A stretch of DNA of 63,783 bases, filler included. It is 7 parts of 7 records of this genome, joined end to end, with 100 filler letters (N's around TTAATTAATTAA, not from the genome) between each part and the next. Parts side by side here need not be neighbours in the genome. Positions count along the whole stretch, not along the records: positions 22,588 to 32,665 come from SRR31156797_20890; positions 32,766 to 40,434 come from SRR31156797_20898; 5 more parts are not named here. The stretch is one strand, 5' to 3'. Below the pieces are notes generated by a model that was not told the DNA's origin, searched no databases, and saw only the letters and a program-made list of their open reading frames with translations. The stretch's first letter is position 1; each line of letters begins with the position of its first letter. Position numbers and translations under genes: made by a program. This document shows positions 31,225 through 40,534 of the stretch, piece after piece.

Positions 31225-31355
31225 TGAGTAAAAAAGTATGTAAAGAAAAAAAGCTGGGTGTAAAACCTGAAAAAGCTAACTATATTTGCAAGAAATGTAA
31301 TTTACACGCAAAAAAGAAGAAATATATATGCAAGCCGGTCGAAATAGCGAGCTAA
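31224..31355 (+). CDS. Small basic Cys-rich protein, 43 aa (below the ORF-track cutoff)
   Basis: TAATG coupling to dtd; MSKKVCKEKKLGVKPEKANYICKKCNLHAKKKKYICKPVEIAS. Confidence 0.65.
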   Translation: MSKKVCKEKKLGVKPEKANYICKKCNLHAKKKKYICKPVEIAS

Positions 31356-31672
31356 CGATAAAAGAACTGCAATCGAAAGTTGATAACTGGATTAAAACTC
31401 ACGGCGTAAGATATTTTAATGAATTAACTAATTTTGCGGTATTAACTGAAGAGGTCGGGGAGTTGGGCAGACTAATGGCCAGGAAATTTGGAGAACAATC
31501 ATTCAAAAAAGGTGAAAAAGATAATTTGGAAGAAGAATTAGGCGATATTTTATTTGTTTTAACATGTATTGCCAATCAAACAGGTGTTGACCTGGAATCT
31601 GCTATGGCCCAAAACCTTGAGAAAAAAACAAATCGTGATAAAGACAGACATAAATCAAATCCCAAACTTTAA
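31328..31672 (+). CDS. MazG-like nucleotide pyrophosphohydrolase (YpjD-type); start uncertain
   Basis: LTEEVGEL...EEELGDILF. Confidence 0.9.
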   Translation: MQAGRNSELTIKELQSKVDNWIKTHGVRYFNELTNFAVLTEEVGELGRLMARKFGEQSFKKGEKDNLEEELGDILFVLTCIANQTGVDLESAMAQNLEKKTNRDKDRHKSNPKL

Positions 31673-31690
31673 AGAATTAAAATTACTGTA

Positions 31691-32557
31691 ATGGAAGCAA
31701 TTAACAAATACAACCTTTCGGTAGACACTGAAAGAGTGCAAAAAAACATTGAGGAATGGAGCAAGCAAATAGATGCCCATAAAACAGATGAAGTTTTAGC
31801 GAAATGTTTGAATCTAATTGATTATACAACTTTGACGGAAATGGATAATGAGCCAAAAATATTAGACATGTGCGAAAAGGTCAATCATTTTCCGGCCCAA
31901 TATAGCAGTTATCAAAATGTGGCAGCCATGTGTGTATATCCTTCAATGGTTCCGTATGTGAAAAAACATTTAAAAGCACCAAAAGTAAATATAGCTGCAG
32001 TAGGTGGAGGGTTTCCGGCAAGTCAAACATTTACCTCTTTAAAAGTTGAAGAGTGCAGAATGGCAGTCGAAGCAGGTGCCAACGAAATTGACATCGTAAT
32101 CCCGGTGGGCGAATTTATTAATGGAAATGACGAGCTGGTTATTGAAGAAACCAAAGCCATTAAAGAAGCCATCGGAACCGCCCACTTAAAAGTTATTTTA
32201 GAAACCGGTGATCTTAACCCTGAGCAAATTAGAAGAGCTTCTTTGCTAGCTATGGAGGCGGGCGCAGATTTTATAAAAACTTCAACAGGAAAAGTATCTG
32301 TTTCTGCCACACATGAAGCTATGCACATTATGTGTCAAGCGATTGCTGATTATTATAAAGAAACCGGGCGTAAAGTTGGAATTAAACCTGCAGGAGGTAT
32401 TCGCGCAACAGATGATGCTTTAGTTTACTATTTAATTGTGAAAAATATTTTAGGAGAGGAGTGGTTGAATAATGAACTATTCCGTTTTGGAGCGTCTAGT
32501 TTAGCTAATAGTATATTACAAGATTTGGTTAAAGACTCTACGGTTAATTATTTTTAG
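31691..32557 (+). CDS. deoC: Deoxyribose-phosphate aldolase
   Basis: IDYTTL, LKVILETG, FIKTSTGK, KPAGGIR, RFGASS. Confidence 0.95.
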   Translation: MEAINKYNLSVDTERVQKNIEEWSKQIDAHKTDEVLAKCLNLIDYTTLTEMDNEPKILDMCEKVNHFPAQYSSYQNVAAMCVYPSMVPYVKKHLKAPKVNIAAVGGGFPASQTFTSLKVEECRMAVEAGANEIDIVIPVGEFINGNDELVIEETKAIKEAIGTAHLKVILETGDLNPEQIRRASLLAMEAGADFIKTSTGKVSVSATHEAMHIMCQAIADYYKETGRKVGIKPAGGIRATDDALVYYLIVKNILGEEWLNNELFRFGASSLANSILQDLVKDSTVNYF

Positions 32558-32589
32558 AAAGACGGTCTTAGTTTATATAGATAGAATAT

Positions 32590-32619
32590 AATGGTTGGGC
32601 ATTTTGCTCAACCATTTTT
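32590..32619 (+). terminator. Intrinsic terminator after deoC
   Basis: AATGGTTGGGCA-TTT-TGCTCAACCATTTTT. Confidence 0.75.
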
Positions 32620-32628
32620 ATTGTTAGG

Positions 32629-32665
32629 TGAGCGGAGTGGGCCCTGAGCGAAGTGGGCCCTGAGC
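32629..32665. repeat. GC-rich 16-bp tandem repeat at the contig end
   Basis: TGAGCG(G/A)AGTGGGCCC twice plus TGAGC, cut by the contig break. Confidence 0.7.
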
Positions 32666-32765
32666 NNNNNNNNNNNNNNNNNNNNNNNNNNNNNNNNNNN
32701 NNNNNNNNNTTAATTAATTAANNNNNNNNNNNNNNNNNNNNNNNNNNNNNNNNNNNNNNNNNNNN
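32666..32765. other. Artificial contig spacer
   Basis: N-run + TTAATTAATTAA + N-run. Confidence 0.98.
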
Positions 32766-33161
32766 TCCCCACAGATCCACCAGGGGTTTGACCGTACCGT
32801 CCCAGGCGCCGTCGGTCAGGGTATGCAAGTTTCTGCATTGGTCAAGAACCTGGTAGAAATCTGAGGAAACCCTGAACATTTGACCCTTTGGCGCGGCATT
32901 GAACCGGGACAGTTCGCTGTCTTTTTGATACATGGACAAACGGGCGTTTACCTGTTTTAAACGCAGATGAATTTTTTCCTGCCATAAACTTTTGGACAGC
33001 GGTTTGGCGGAAATCAGTTTGATGGAATAGGTGGTACCCATTGTCTGGCCGCTGAATACATACGCCTGGGTTGCCAAAGAATGGACAGGTAAAAGCAGGG
33101 TTGTTCCTATTATCAGGATCAATGCAAAAATAAAATTTATCATATACTTGGTCTCAGGCAT
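32766..33161 (-). CDS. apbE: FAD:protein FMN transferase, N-terminal part (3' truncated)
   Basis: GQTMGTTYSIK, SELSRFN, TDGAWDGTVKPLVDLWG. Confidence 0.9.
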
Positions 33162-33242
33162 GGATAGTTTTCTCCTGGTTCAATTTATTTTTCAGGCACT
33201 ATTTATCATACCGGGCCGGGTACGTCTATTTAGAGATGGCTT

Positions 33243-34223
33243 CTATTCTTCGGGCCACTTGTCCTTGACGGCCAGGATGTCATCCAGCCCGTCCAGAAAC
33301 GCCTGGACAAGGCGCGGATCAAAATGTTCGCCGACCTCGGAACGTATCAGGCCCAATGCCTTTTCAACGTGCCATGCCTCTTTGTAGGGCCGATTGGTCA
33401 CCAGGGCGTCAAAAACATCGGCCAGGGCGATAATGCGGCCGGAAAGCGGGATGTCTTCACCGGCCAACCCGGCTGGATAGCCCTTGCCGTTCCATTTTTC
33501 GTGGTGGGTCAGGGCGATTTGGGATGCCATGCCAAGCAGTTCGGAATCATGCTCTCCTATGATGCCCGCGCCCATTTTGGGGTGGCGCCGCATGATTTTC
33601 CACTCGTCGTCATCCAGGGGGCCCGGTTTAAGCAATATATTGTCCGGCACCCCTATCTTGCCCACATCGTGCATGGGCGAAGCCTGCAGGATCAACTGGC
33701 AATACCAGGTGGGCTGCCCGCTTTTTTCAGCCACGATGCGGGAGTAATGGGACATGCGGATGACGTGCATTCCGGTTTCATTGTCCTTGAACTCGGCTGC
33801 CCGTCCAAGCCGCTGGATGATCAGCAGGCGGGTGCGCTCCAGCTCCTCTGCCTGCACTAAAGACAGGTGGGTGCGCACCCGGCGATTTACCACCGAGGGG
33901 CTCAGAGGCTTGGTGATATAATCCACACAACCCACGTCAAAGCCCTTGGACTCGTCTTCGATCTCGCCCATGGCTGTCACGAAAATAACCGGTATCCGGG
34001 CCAGTTCAGGATCGGCTTTTAGCGCTTTACATGCCTGATAGCCATCCATTTCCGGCATCATGATATCCATCAATATCAGGTCCGGTTTGTGTTTGGCCGC
34101 ACCCTCAATGGCCTTTCGGCCGTTGGTGGCAAAGGTCAGCTGGTATTTATCGCCCAGTACCAGCCGCATCAACTGCAAATTCTGTGGGTCGTCATCCACT
34201 ACAAGGACCTTATGTCGGTTCAT
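33243..34223 (-). CDS. REC-HD-GYP response regulator (RpfG-like cyclic-dinucleotide phosphodiesterase)
   Basis: REC (VVDD, LMDIMMP) plus HDVGK, HHEKWNGKGYP, ADVFDAL. Confidence 0.93.
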   Translation of the reverse strand: MNRHKVLVVDDDPQNLQLMRLVLGDKYQLTFATNGRKAIEGAAKHKPDLILMDIMMPEMDGYQACKALKADPELARIPVIFVTAMGEIEDESKGFDVGCVDYITKPLSPSVVNRRVRTHLSLVQAEELERTRLLIIQRLGRAAEFKDNETGMHVIRMSHYSRIVAEKSGQPTWYCQLILQASPMHDVGKIGVPDNILLKPGPLDDDEWKIMRRHPKMGAGIIGEHDSELLGMASQIALTHHEKWNGKGYPAGLAGEDIPLSGRIIALADVFDALVTNRPYKEAWHVEKALGLIRSEVGEHFDPRLVQAFLDGLDDILAVKDKWPEE

Positions 34224-37200
34224 GATTCATCCTTTAATTTTATTCCCAGACTTTGGGACAGCCTCAGGGCTTCTTTTTTGGCAGTATCAAAATCAAAGAG
34301 GTCCAGGGCCCTATTTACTCCTTTAAGCTGATCGGCTGTCAAAAATTTCCTTAACCGCGCTATGGTAGGTTCTGACGCACTTGGATCGTCTTTTTCCAAA
34401 CCTGCCAACAGCTCTGCCATGAATTCAGCGGCCTTGGCCTGGTCCAGCTTGGGCAGTCTCTCTGATTCAACTGTTTCCGGGTCCCCCAGATCAGCGATAT
34501 CCCGGGCTGTTTGTTCCAGGGCCGGTGCCAGGGATGCCAGCGTGTCTCTGGCATCTGTTTCCTGCCCATTGGCCAGGGCCATGTTCAGGGCCTTGGCCAG
34601 GTCGTACACCCGGTCCAGGGCCAAATTGCCGGACACACCTTTCAACCTGTGGGCCTGCCGGTAACCGGCCTCCAGGTCACCTTTGTCAAGCAGGCTTTCT
34701 ATTTCCCCGGCGGCGGCCGCATGGGATTTGACAAAGGTGCCAAGGGCCTTTTTGTATGCCGTCAAATCCTGCCAAAGGGCCAGACCACGTTCCAGATTGA
34801 TTCCGGATGCCCGGGGTAAGCTTTTAACGGCCTTGGCCATGGATGGGGTGGCTTTCCTGGTGACAGGTTTGCCCGCCCCTTGTGGCACCAGCTGTTCCAT
34901 CCGGCCAAACAGGTCTGGGAAATCCACGGGCTTGCCGACCACGGCATCCATGCCCGCCTTAAAACAGCGCGCCTTATCTTCGCGCATCAGACTGGCAGTC
35001 AGGGCAATGATGGGTATTTTTCTATCTTTGCCTCGTTCGGCCTCACGGATACGACGGGTGGCCTCCAGGCCGTCCATCCCAGGCATTTGAATATCCATTA
35101 AAATCAGATCAAAGGTTTTCTTTTGGTGAACCGCCACCGCTTCTTTCCCGTTCCAGACATGGGTGACGCGGTGCCCTTGTTCTTCCAGTCTTATCCTGCA
35201 TAGCTCTGCATTTTCTTCAATGTCTTCGGCCAAAAGCACCTCGAAATCCCACCTGGCCGTCATAGGAGTCGATGATAGCCCGTGTTCCCTGTAATGATCG
35301 CAATCCTTGGTGCAGTTATGGGCGCACTCAGATTCGGGTAGTTTGACTGTGAAATAAAAGGCTGTGCCGGTACCCAGGCGACTTTTTATCCACATTTTTC
35401 CCTCCATGAGTTCCACGATCTGCCGACTGATGGTGGTGCCCAGGCCGGTGCCGCCAAAACGGCGGGTGGTTGCCACATCCGCCTGGGTAAAGGGTTCCAG
35501 TATATTTTCAATCTCGCCCGGTGGGATGCCGATGCCGGTGTCGGTGACTGTAAAATGTAAGGTTCCCGGTTTATCAGCCGGTGTAACTTGAACGGATATG
35601 CTGCCTTTTTCGGTAAATTTTAAAGCGTTGCCCAAAAGGTTTATCAACACTTGGCGCAGGCGGGTTTGATCGCCCAGATAGCATTGGGCAATATCGGGAT
35701 GGAGTGAGTAATCCAGTTTGATGTTTTTATCATCCGCCTTGGCTCGGAATGTGTCCATAACATCATCCAAAAGAAACCCCAGATTGAATTTGGACTGCTC
35801 CAGCTCCAGCTTGTCGGCCTCCATCTTACTGACGTCCAGGATATCGTTCAGCAGGCGCAGGAGGGTACGGGCCGAACGGGCTGCGATGGACAGGTTTTTT
35901 TGAGTCTGCTTACCTAAGGCCGCATCTTCAAGGGCGAGGTCCAGATAACCGATCACCGAATTCATGGGGGTACGTATTTCGTGGCTCATATTGGCCAGAA
36001 AACGCCCCTTGGCCCGGCTGATCGCCTCGGCCTCTTGTTTGGCCTGTGCCAGTGCTTCCTGAATTTTTTTACGTTCGGTGATATCATGGATAATACCGGT
36101 GAATATCCTTTGCTCCCCGTCCCAGAATTCACTGACCGAAAGCTCTATGGGAAAGTCGCTGCCGTCCTTGCGACGCCCCACCGTCTCCCGATTGATGCCG
36201 ATGACATTGGCAACACCGGTTTTTAAATATTGTTTTAAATACTTATTATGTTCGTCTTTATAGGGTTCGGGCATCAGCCCGTTGACGTTTTTGCCCACCA
36301 GTTCCCGGGTTTCATAGCCGAACATGGCCTCGGCCGCCGGGTTAAAGGTTAAAATCCGGCCTTCCTGGTTGATGGTGACGATACTCTCGGCTGCTGTCTC
36401 TATCAAAGCCTGCAGGCGGGACTCATTGAGCCGGGACAGCTCCTGGGCCCGTTTGCGCTCGGCCACCTCGCCTTCCAGCCGGGCATTGGCCAAAGTCAAT
36501 TCCTGGGTGCGTTTTTCAACGGTCTGTTCAAGGTTGTCCCGGTATTTTTTCAACTCCTCCTGGGACAGCTTGCTTTCGGTGATGTCATGGATCGTACCCA
36601 TCATCTTCAGCGGTGTACCGTTCCTGTCTTTTTGCACATGGCCCAGCTGGGAAACCCAGCGCAAGCTGCCATCCGGCCTTAACACCCGGTGCTCGGCTTT
36701 GAAACTTCCTTTGCCTTTCAATGCCGTGTTCATCGCCTTTTCCAGCACATGGCCGTCATCGGGAAAAAGCAAGGCCATGAAGGCGCCATGGTCGGGATTT
36801 ATCCCGCTTGGTTCGACTCCCAGAATACGGTAGGTTTCATCGGACCAGTTCATGGCGCGGGTTCTCATGTCCAGCTCCCAGCTCCCCAAATGGGCGATGG
36901 CCTGTGCCTGGGCCAGGGATTCCTGGCGTTCCTGGAGCCGCCGGACCATCTGCTCCAGGCTATGACCCAGTTGATTGTACTCCTTTACCCGCCCATTCCG
37001 GTAGGTTGCCGACAGATTGTCCTGGGTTACCTCCCGGGCATAGCTGGTAAGCTTGGCCAGAGAGGCCCGGCCAATGTAGCCCACCAACCCCACCGCCCCG
37101 ACAGACAATCCGGCGGCAAAAACTAAGAGAAATATAACGCTTTTTAGATAGGCGCGCTGCAATTGGATATAAGCGTCGTCTCCTATGGCGATGACCAAAA

Positions 37201-38023
37201 TGAGGCCTGTGTCCTGCCCGCCCAGTTCCAGGGCCTGGCCATAGAAAATGCGGCCGGCCTCTTTTACCATTTTGGGGCCGGCGGCAAAGTGGCCTGACAC
37301 CAGGGACCGGGTCTTATCTGAGCTGTCAGCCGTGGAGGCCATGATCCTGGCACCATCTAAAACAAACAGATCCCGGATGGATACCTTGTCTTTGATCATG
37401 CCCCAAAATGAAAGGTTAAGATTTAAACGCACTCCCCCATAGAGCCGGCCCAGCACGTTGCCAAGCGTGTTCGAGACAACGGGGACCCCGCGCAGCAGAA
37501 GGCGAAAATCTCCTTCTTTGGTGGGATGGGTTACAAAATTCCACCTGGCGGACCGTTGGCTGGGACTGATATTCACCTTAAGATCGGCAGCCATCAGGTC
37601 GGGGGAGAGTTCTGCATCCAACCAGACCTCTTGGTTGCCTTTGCTCAGATATAAAAGATCCAGCATATAACCGACCTGGGATTCCAGGATCAGCTCCAGC
37701 CGCCCAAGAGCAGCCTCTTTGTCACCGCTTTTCAAACAATCATGCAGGGCCTGGCTCTGGGCCGACAGCAGAAGGCTTTGGTGCAACGTCTCCAGCTGGG
37801 ATGAAAAAACCAGCTGGGCCATCCCCACCCGCTGACTTAATGATTCATAGGTTTCCCGGTTCAACGCCTCTACCGCGTTGTGATAGGCCACAGCCAGCAG
37901 GGGGCCCACCGTGAGGATGAGAGCGGCTGCCAGGGGGGCTATGACCAGACTGGTGAACTTGTAGACACGCCGTTTCCGGCCCGGCGGTAAAGCCATGGCA
38001 TTCTTTTTCATCTTTGGTTTCAA
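34220..38023 (-). CDS. LuxQ-like hybrid histidine kinase: periplasmic sensor, HAMP, 2x PAS, HisKA, HATPase, REC, Hpt
   Basis: Two TMs flanking a domain resembling the LuxQ periplasmic region (LLLRGVPVVSNTLGNVLG...VRLNLN); FLANMSHEIRTPMN; NALKFT; DTGIGI; LMDIQMP; AHRLKGVSGNL. Confidence 0.85.
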   Translation of the reverse strand: MKPKMKKNAMALPPGRKRRVYKFTSLVIAPLAAALILTVGPLLAVAYHNAVEALNRETYESLSQRVGMAQLVFSSQLETLHQSLLLSAQSQALHDCLKSGDKEAALGRLELILESQVGYMLDLLYLSKGNQEVWLDAELSPDLMAADLKVNISPSQRSARWNFVTHPTKEGDFRLLLRGVPVVSNTLGNVLGRLYGGVRLNLNLSFWGMIKDKVSIRDLFVLDGARIMASTADSSDKTRSLVSGHFAAGPKMVKEAGRIFYGQALELGGQDTGLILVIAIGDDAYIQLQRAYLKSVIFLLVFAAGLSVGAVGLVGYIGRASLAKLTSYAREVTQDNLSATYRNGRVKEYNQLGHSLEQMVRRLQERQESLAQAQAIAHLGSWELDMRTRAMNWSDETYRILGVEPSGINPDHGAFMALLFPDDGHVLEKAMNTALKGKGSFKAEHRVLRPDGSLRWVSQLGHVQKDRNGTPLKMMGTIHDITESKLSQEELKKYRDNLEQTVEKRTQELTLANARLEGEVAERKRAQELSRLNESRLQALIETAAESIVTINQEGRILTFNPAAEAMFGYETRELVGKNVNGLMPEPYKDEHNKYLKQYLKTGVANVIGINRETVGRRKDGSDFPIELSVSEFWDGEQRIFTGIIHDITERKKIQEALAQAKQEAEAISRAKGRFLANMSHEIRTPMNSVIGYLDLALEDAALGKQTQKNLSIAARSARTLLRLLNDILDVSKMEADKLELEQSKFNLGFLLDDVMDTFRAKADDKNIKLDYSLHPDIAQCYLGDQTRLRQVLINLLGNALKFTEKGSISVQVTPADKPGTLHFTVTDTGIGIPPGEIENILEPFTQADVATTRRFGGTGLGTTISRQIVELMEGKMWIKSRLGTGTAFYFTVKLPESECAHNCTKDCDHYREHGLSSTPMTARWDFEVLLAEDIEENAELCRIRLEEQGHRVTHVWNGKEAVAVHQKKTFDLILMDIQMPGMDGLEATRRIREAERGKDRKIPIIALTASLMREDKARCFKAGMDAVVGKPVDFPDLFGRMEQLVPQGAGKPVTRKATPSMAKAVKSLPRASGINLERGLALWQDLTAYKKALGTFVKSHAAAAGEIESLLDKGDLEAGYRQAHRLKGVSGNLALDRVYDLAKALNMALANGQETDARDTLASLAPALEQTARDIADLGDPETVESERLPKLDQAKAAEFMAELLAGLEKDDPSASEPTIARLRKFLTADQLKGVNRALDLFDFDTAKKEALRLSQSLGIKLKDES

Positions 38024-39123
38024 TCCGAATAGCGGAAGGCCTTCTTTTTTAGTTCAGCCACTTTTCCCGGCGGTGTCTCCTTGGTCACCAGACTGAAATC
38101 CCCTGAGTAGATCCGGGGCACTTCATCGCCTCGGCCTGAGAAATCCAGTGCAATGGCATCGGCCATGGCCACGCCGTTATCATCGTTCATGCGCATCACA
38201 GTGACATCAATTTTTTCTGCGGCCAATGCCTCAAGCTCGGCACTGCCCCCACCCCAGCCATTGACCAGGGTTTTGCCGGTCAGTTGTTTTTCAGCCACGG
38301 CCCGGGCTGCTCCCAGGGCGATGTCTGTGCTGGCCGCGTAGATAAAACTGACCTTGTCGTGGGTGTTTAAAATTTCCAAAGTGGCCTGATATGCTTTTTT
38401 TTCATTGATGCCGGTATGATATGAACCAATGAATTCCAGACTGGTTTCCTGGTGCATGTAATCCAGAAAAGAACCGCCCCGAACGGTGTTAAGGTAACCG
38501 GACCGGGGTAAAAGTGCTGCGTATGTTCCCTGTCCCCTGGTGATTTTTAGAAAATAAGCCGCGAGCATTCTGGAACCTGTGATATGGTCAAATCCGATGT
38601 AGATCATCGGCTGGCGACCCTCCCATTGTTTAAGCGGGGTGGTGATGTTCTGCAGGATGAATTTAGGCTTTCCCTTAGCCAGAACCGGCTCTATCATTCT
38701 CTGGTGCCGCTGGGCGTCCAGGGTAAAAATAATGTAATCCGGCTTTTCGGCCAGGGCATCTTTCAGTACCTTGGCCTGAAATCTGAGTGAAGCAGTCGGT
38801 TTCATAAAGTAATCATGGGTTTTAAATCCCGGGCCGTATTCTCCCAGTCTTTTTTTGAATGACCTGGCGCTGCGCTGCCAGTAATCCGATATTTGCTTGC
38901 CCGGATAAATAATGACCACCGAAAGCCCTTTCAGGTTCAGGCTATGCCCCACCGGCCGGCGGACCCTTTTTTTGAAACGTTCGAGCACGGCCGGCTGGCC
39001 GGTATGGCTGCCCAGATATTCATCCACCGTAAAAAAATTATCCAGCTGGCCGGAAAAGGCCTGGGCTGCCATGCTTGCCATCAAAAAAAGGGCGGCAACC
39101 ATTGATTGGGATAGGATTTTCAT
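38020..39123 (-). CDS. luxP: Autoinducer-2-binding periplasmic protein LuxP
   Basis: YPGKQISDYW, FTLD, LQNITTP, GFDH, STDIALGA, NGWGGGSAEL, VMRMNDD, YSGDF and terminal AFRYSD closely follow Vibrio LuxP as recalled. Confidence 0.9.
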   Translation of the reverse strand: MKILSQSMVAALFLMASMAAQAFSGQLDNFFTVDEYLGSHTGQPAVLERFKKRVRRPVGHSLNLKGLSVVIIYPGKQISDYWQRSARSFKKRLGEYGPGFKTHDYFMKPTASLRFQAKVLKDALAEKPDYIIFTLDAQRHQRMIEPVLAKGKPKFILQNITTPLKQWEGRQPMIYIGFDHITGSRMLAAYFLKITRGQGTYAALLPRSGYLNTVRGGSFLDYMHQETSLEFIGSYHTGINEKKAYQATLEILNTHDKVSFIYAASTDIALGAARAVAEKQLTGKTLVNGWGGGSAELEALAAEKIDVTVMRMNDDNGVAMADAIALDFSGRGDEVPRIYSGDFSLVTKETPPGKVAELKKKAFRYSD

Positions 39124-39220
39124 TTGTGAACTCCATTATTATTCTGCATCCCGGTTCATGATTATAATGATGTCTGAACGAAAACGGACCCCAGGGGACG
39201 TGCCGCCGCCCTCCCTCCTT

Positions 39221-40345
39221 TTATTGGGGGATGCACACGGATATCGTGGTGGTATCTGCCTGCTCGGACAAAGAAAAATTGATGCTTCCACCATGCAGTT
39301 GTGCCGTAAGCATAGCCGAATATGTTCCAATGCCGGTTCCCATGGATTTGCCATAGGTGACAAATTTATCAAAGAACTTATCGCGGATAGGTTCCGGGAT
39401 AAGGCCCTGGTTTTTTATGTCTATCTTTATGTTGCCCTGTTTTGGGCCAGAAATTCGGATGGCAACGATTCCACCATCAGGGGATGCTTCCAGGGCATTG
39501 GAGAACAAATTATTAATCATGATGTAAAAAAGCATTTCATCGCATAAAATTATGCAGGGGGTGCCGGTATCGGCAGGCGCTCCGTTGATTGATATGGTTA
39601 ACTGGATCTGCCTTTTTGCCATCTTTTTAGCAAACGCCATGGTGATACGATCAAAAACGGGCATGACATCCACCGGGGTCACATTAACCGGACAGGCATC
39701 CTGTTCCATTTTGTACAGCACCATGGTCCGGTTGAGCATATCAATCATGGTAAAACAGGCATTGATCTGCTCTTGTACCAGTTTTTGCCAGTGGCCTTTA
39801 TCCCGGGGGTCAGAGTGTTTCATCGTCTGTGCAGCCCCCAACAACACCTGGATCGGGGTCTTGAGGTCATGACTGCGAATTTGTTCCACCTGTTTGCGCA
39901 ATTCAATATTTTCTTTGAGAATGCGGTTTTGGTAGGATAACCTTTTTTTAGCCAGGGCCAGCTCCAGGTGCGTTTTTATCTTGGCGCGAATGACGGCAAA
40001 GTTAAAGGGCTTGATAATATAGTCCACAGCGCCCATCTCCAGCCCCTTGGTTTCATCCACAGCTTCGGTCAGGCTGGTAACAAAGATAATCAGTACGTCC
40101 TGTAACCCTGGATCTTCTTTTATTTGCCGACACACTTCAAAGCCGTCCATGCCCGGCATCAGAATGTCCAGCAGTACGATATCAGGCACATCCTCCCGGA
40201 TACTTTTAAGAGCGCTGTCCCCGTCCGTTGCAACCCGGACCTGGTAGTTACCGCTTAAACACGCCACCAGTGCGTCAATATCCGGTTCGCAGTCTTCAAC
40301 CACCATCACCGACTGTTTATGTATGGCTGTTTGTTCCGACACCAT
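39221..40345 (-). CDS. Cytoplasmic REC-HisKA-HATPase hybrid kinase
   Basis: LLDILMP, SHDLKTP, NALEAS, GTGIG; ATG at 40345 with an AAGGA RBS. Confidence 0.85.
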   Translation of the reverse strand: MVSEQTAIHKQSVMVVEDCEPDIDALVACLSGNYQVRVATDGDSALKSIREDVPDIVLLDILMPGMDGFEVCRQIKEDPGLQDVLIIFVTSLTEAVDETKGLEMGAVDYIIKPFNFAVIRAKIKTHLELALAKKRLSYQNRILKENIELRKQVEQIRSHDLKTPIQVLLGAAQTMKHSDPRDKGHWQKLVQEQINACFTMIDMLNRTMVLYKMEQDACPVNVTPVDVMPVFDRITMAFAKKMAKRQIQLTISINGAPADTGTPCIILCDEMLFYIMINNLFSNALEASPDGGIVAIRISGPKQGNIKIDIKNQGLIPEPIRDKFFDKFVTYGKSMGTGIGTYSAMLTAQLHGGSINFSLSEQADTTTISVCIPQ

Positions 40346-40434
40346 AATTTTTCCTTTAGGTTTAATCTGCGGTCCTAACACTGCAACGTTTTAATTTCAT
40401 CATCATGGTCTGCAAATTCTATGGCAATGGCTCT

Positions 40435-40534
40435 NNNNNNNNNNNNNNNNNNNNNNNNNNNNNNNNNNNNNNNNNNNNTTAATTAATTAANNNNNNNNNN
40501 NNNNNNNNNNNNNNNNNNNNNNNNNNNNNNNNNN
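40435..40534. other. Artificial contig spacer
   Basis: N-run + TTAATTAATTAA + N-run. Confidence 0.98.

Noticed and set aside
32629-32665. Possible CRISPR array edge
   Set aside because: The units are only 16 bp, directly tandem with no spacers, and no cas genes are present.
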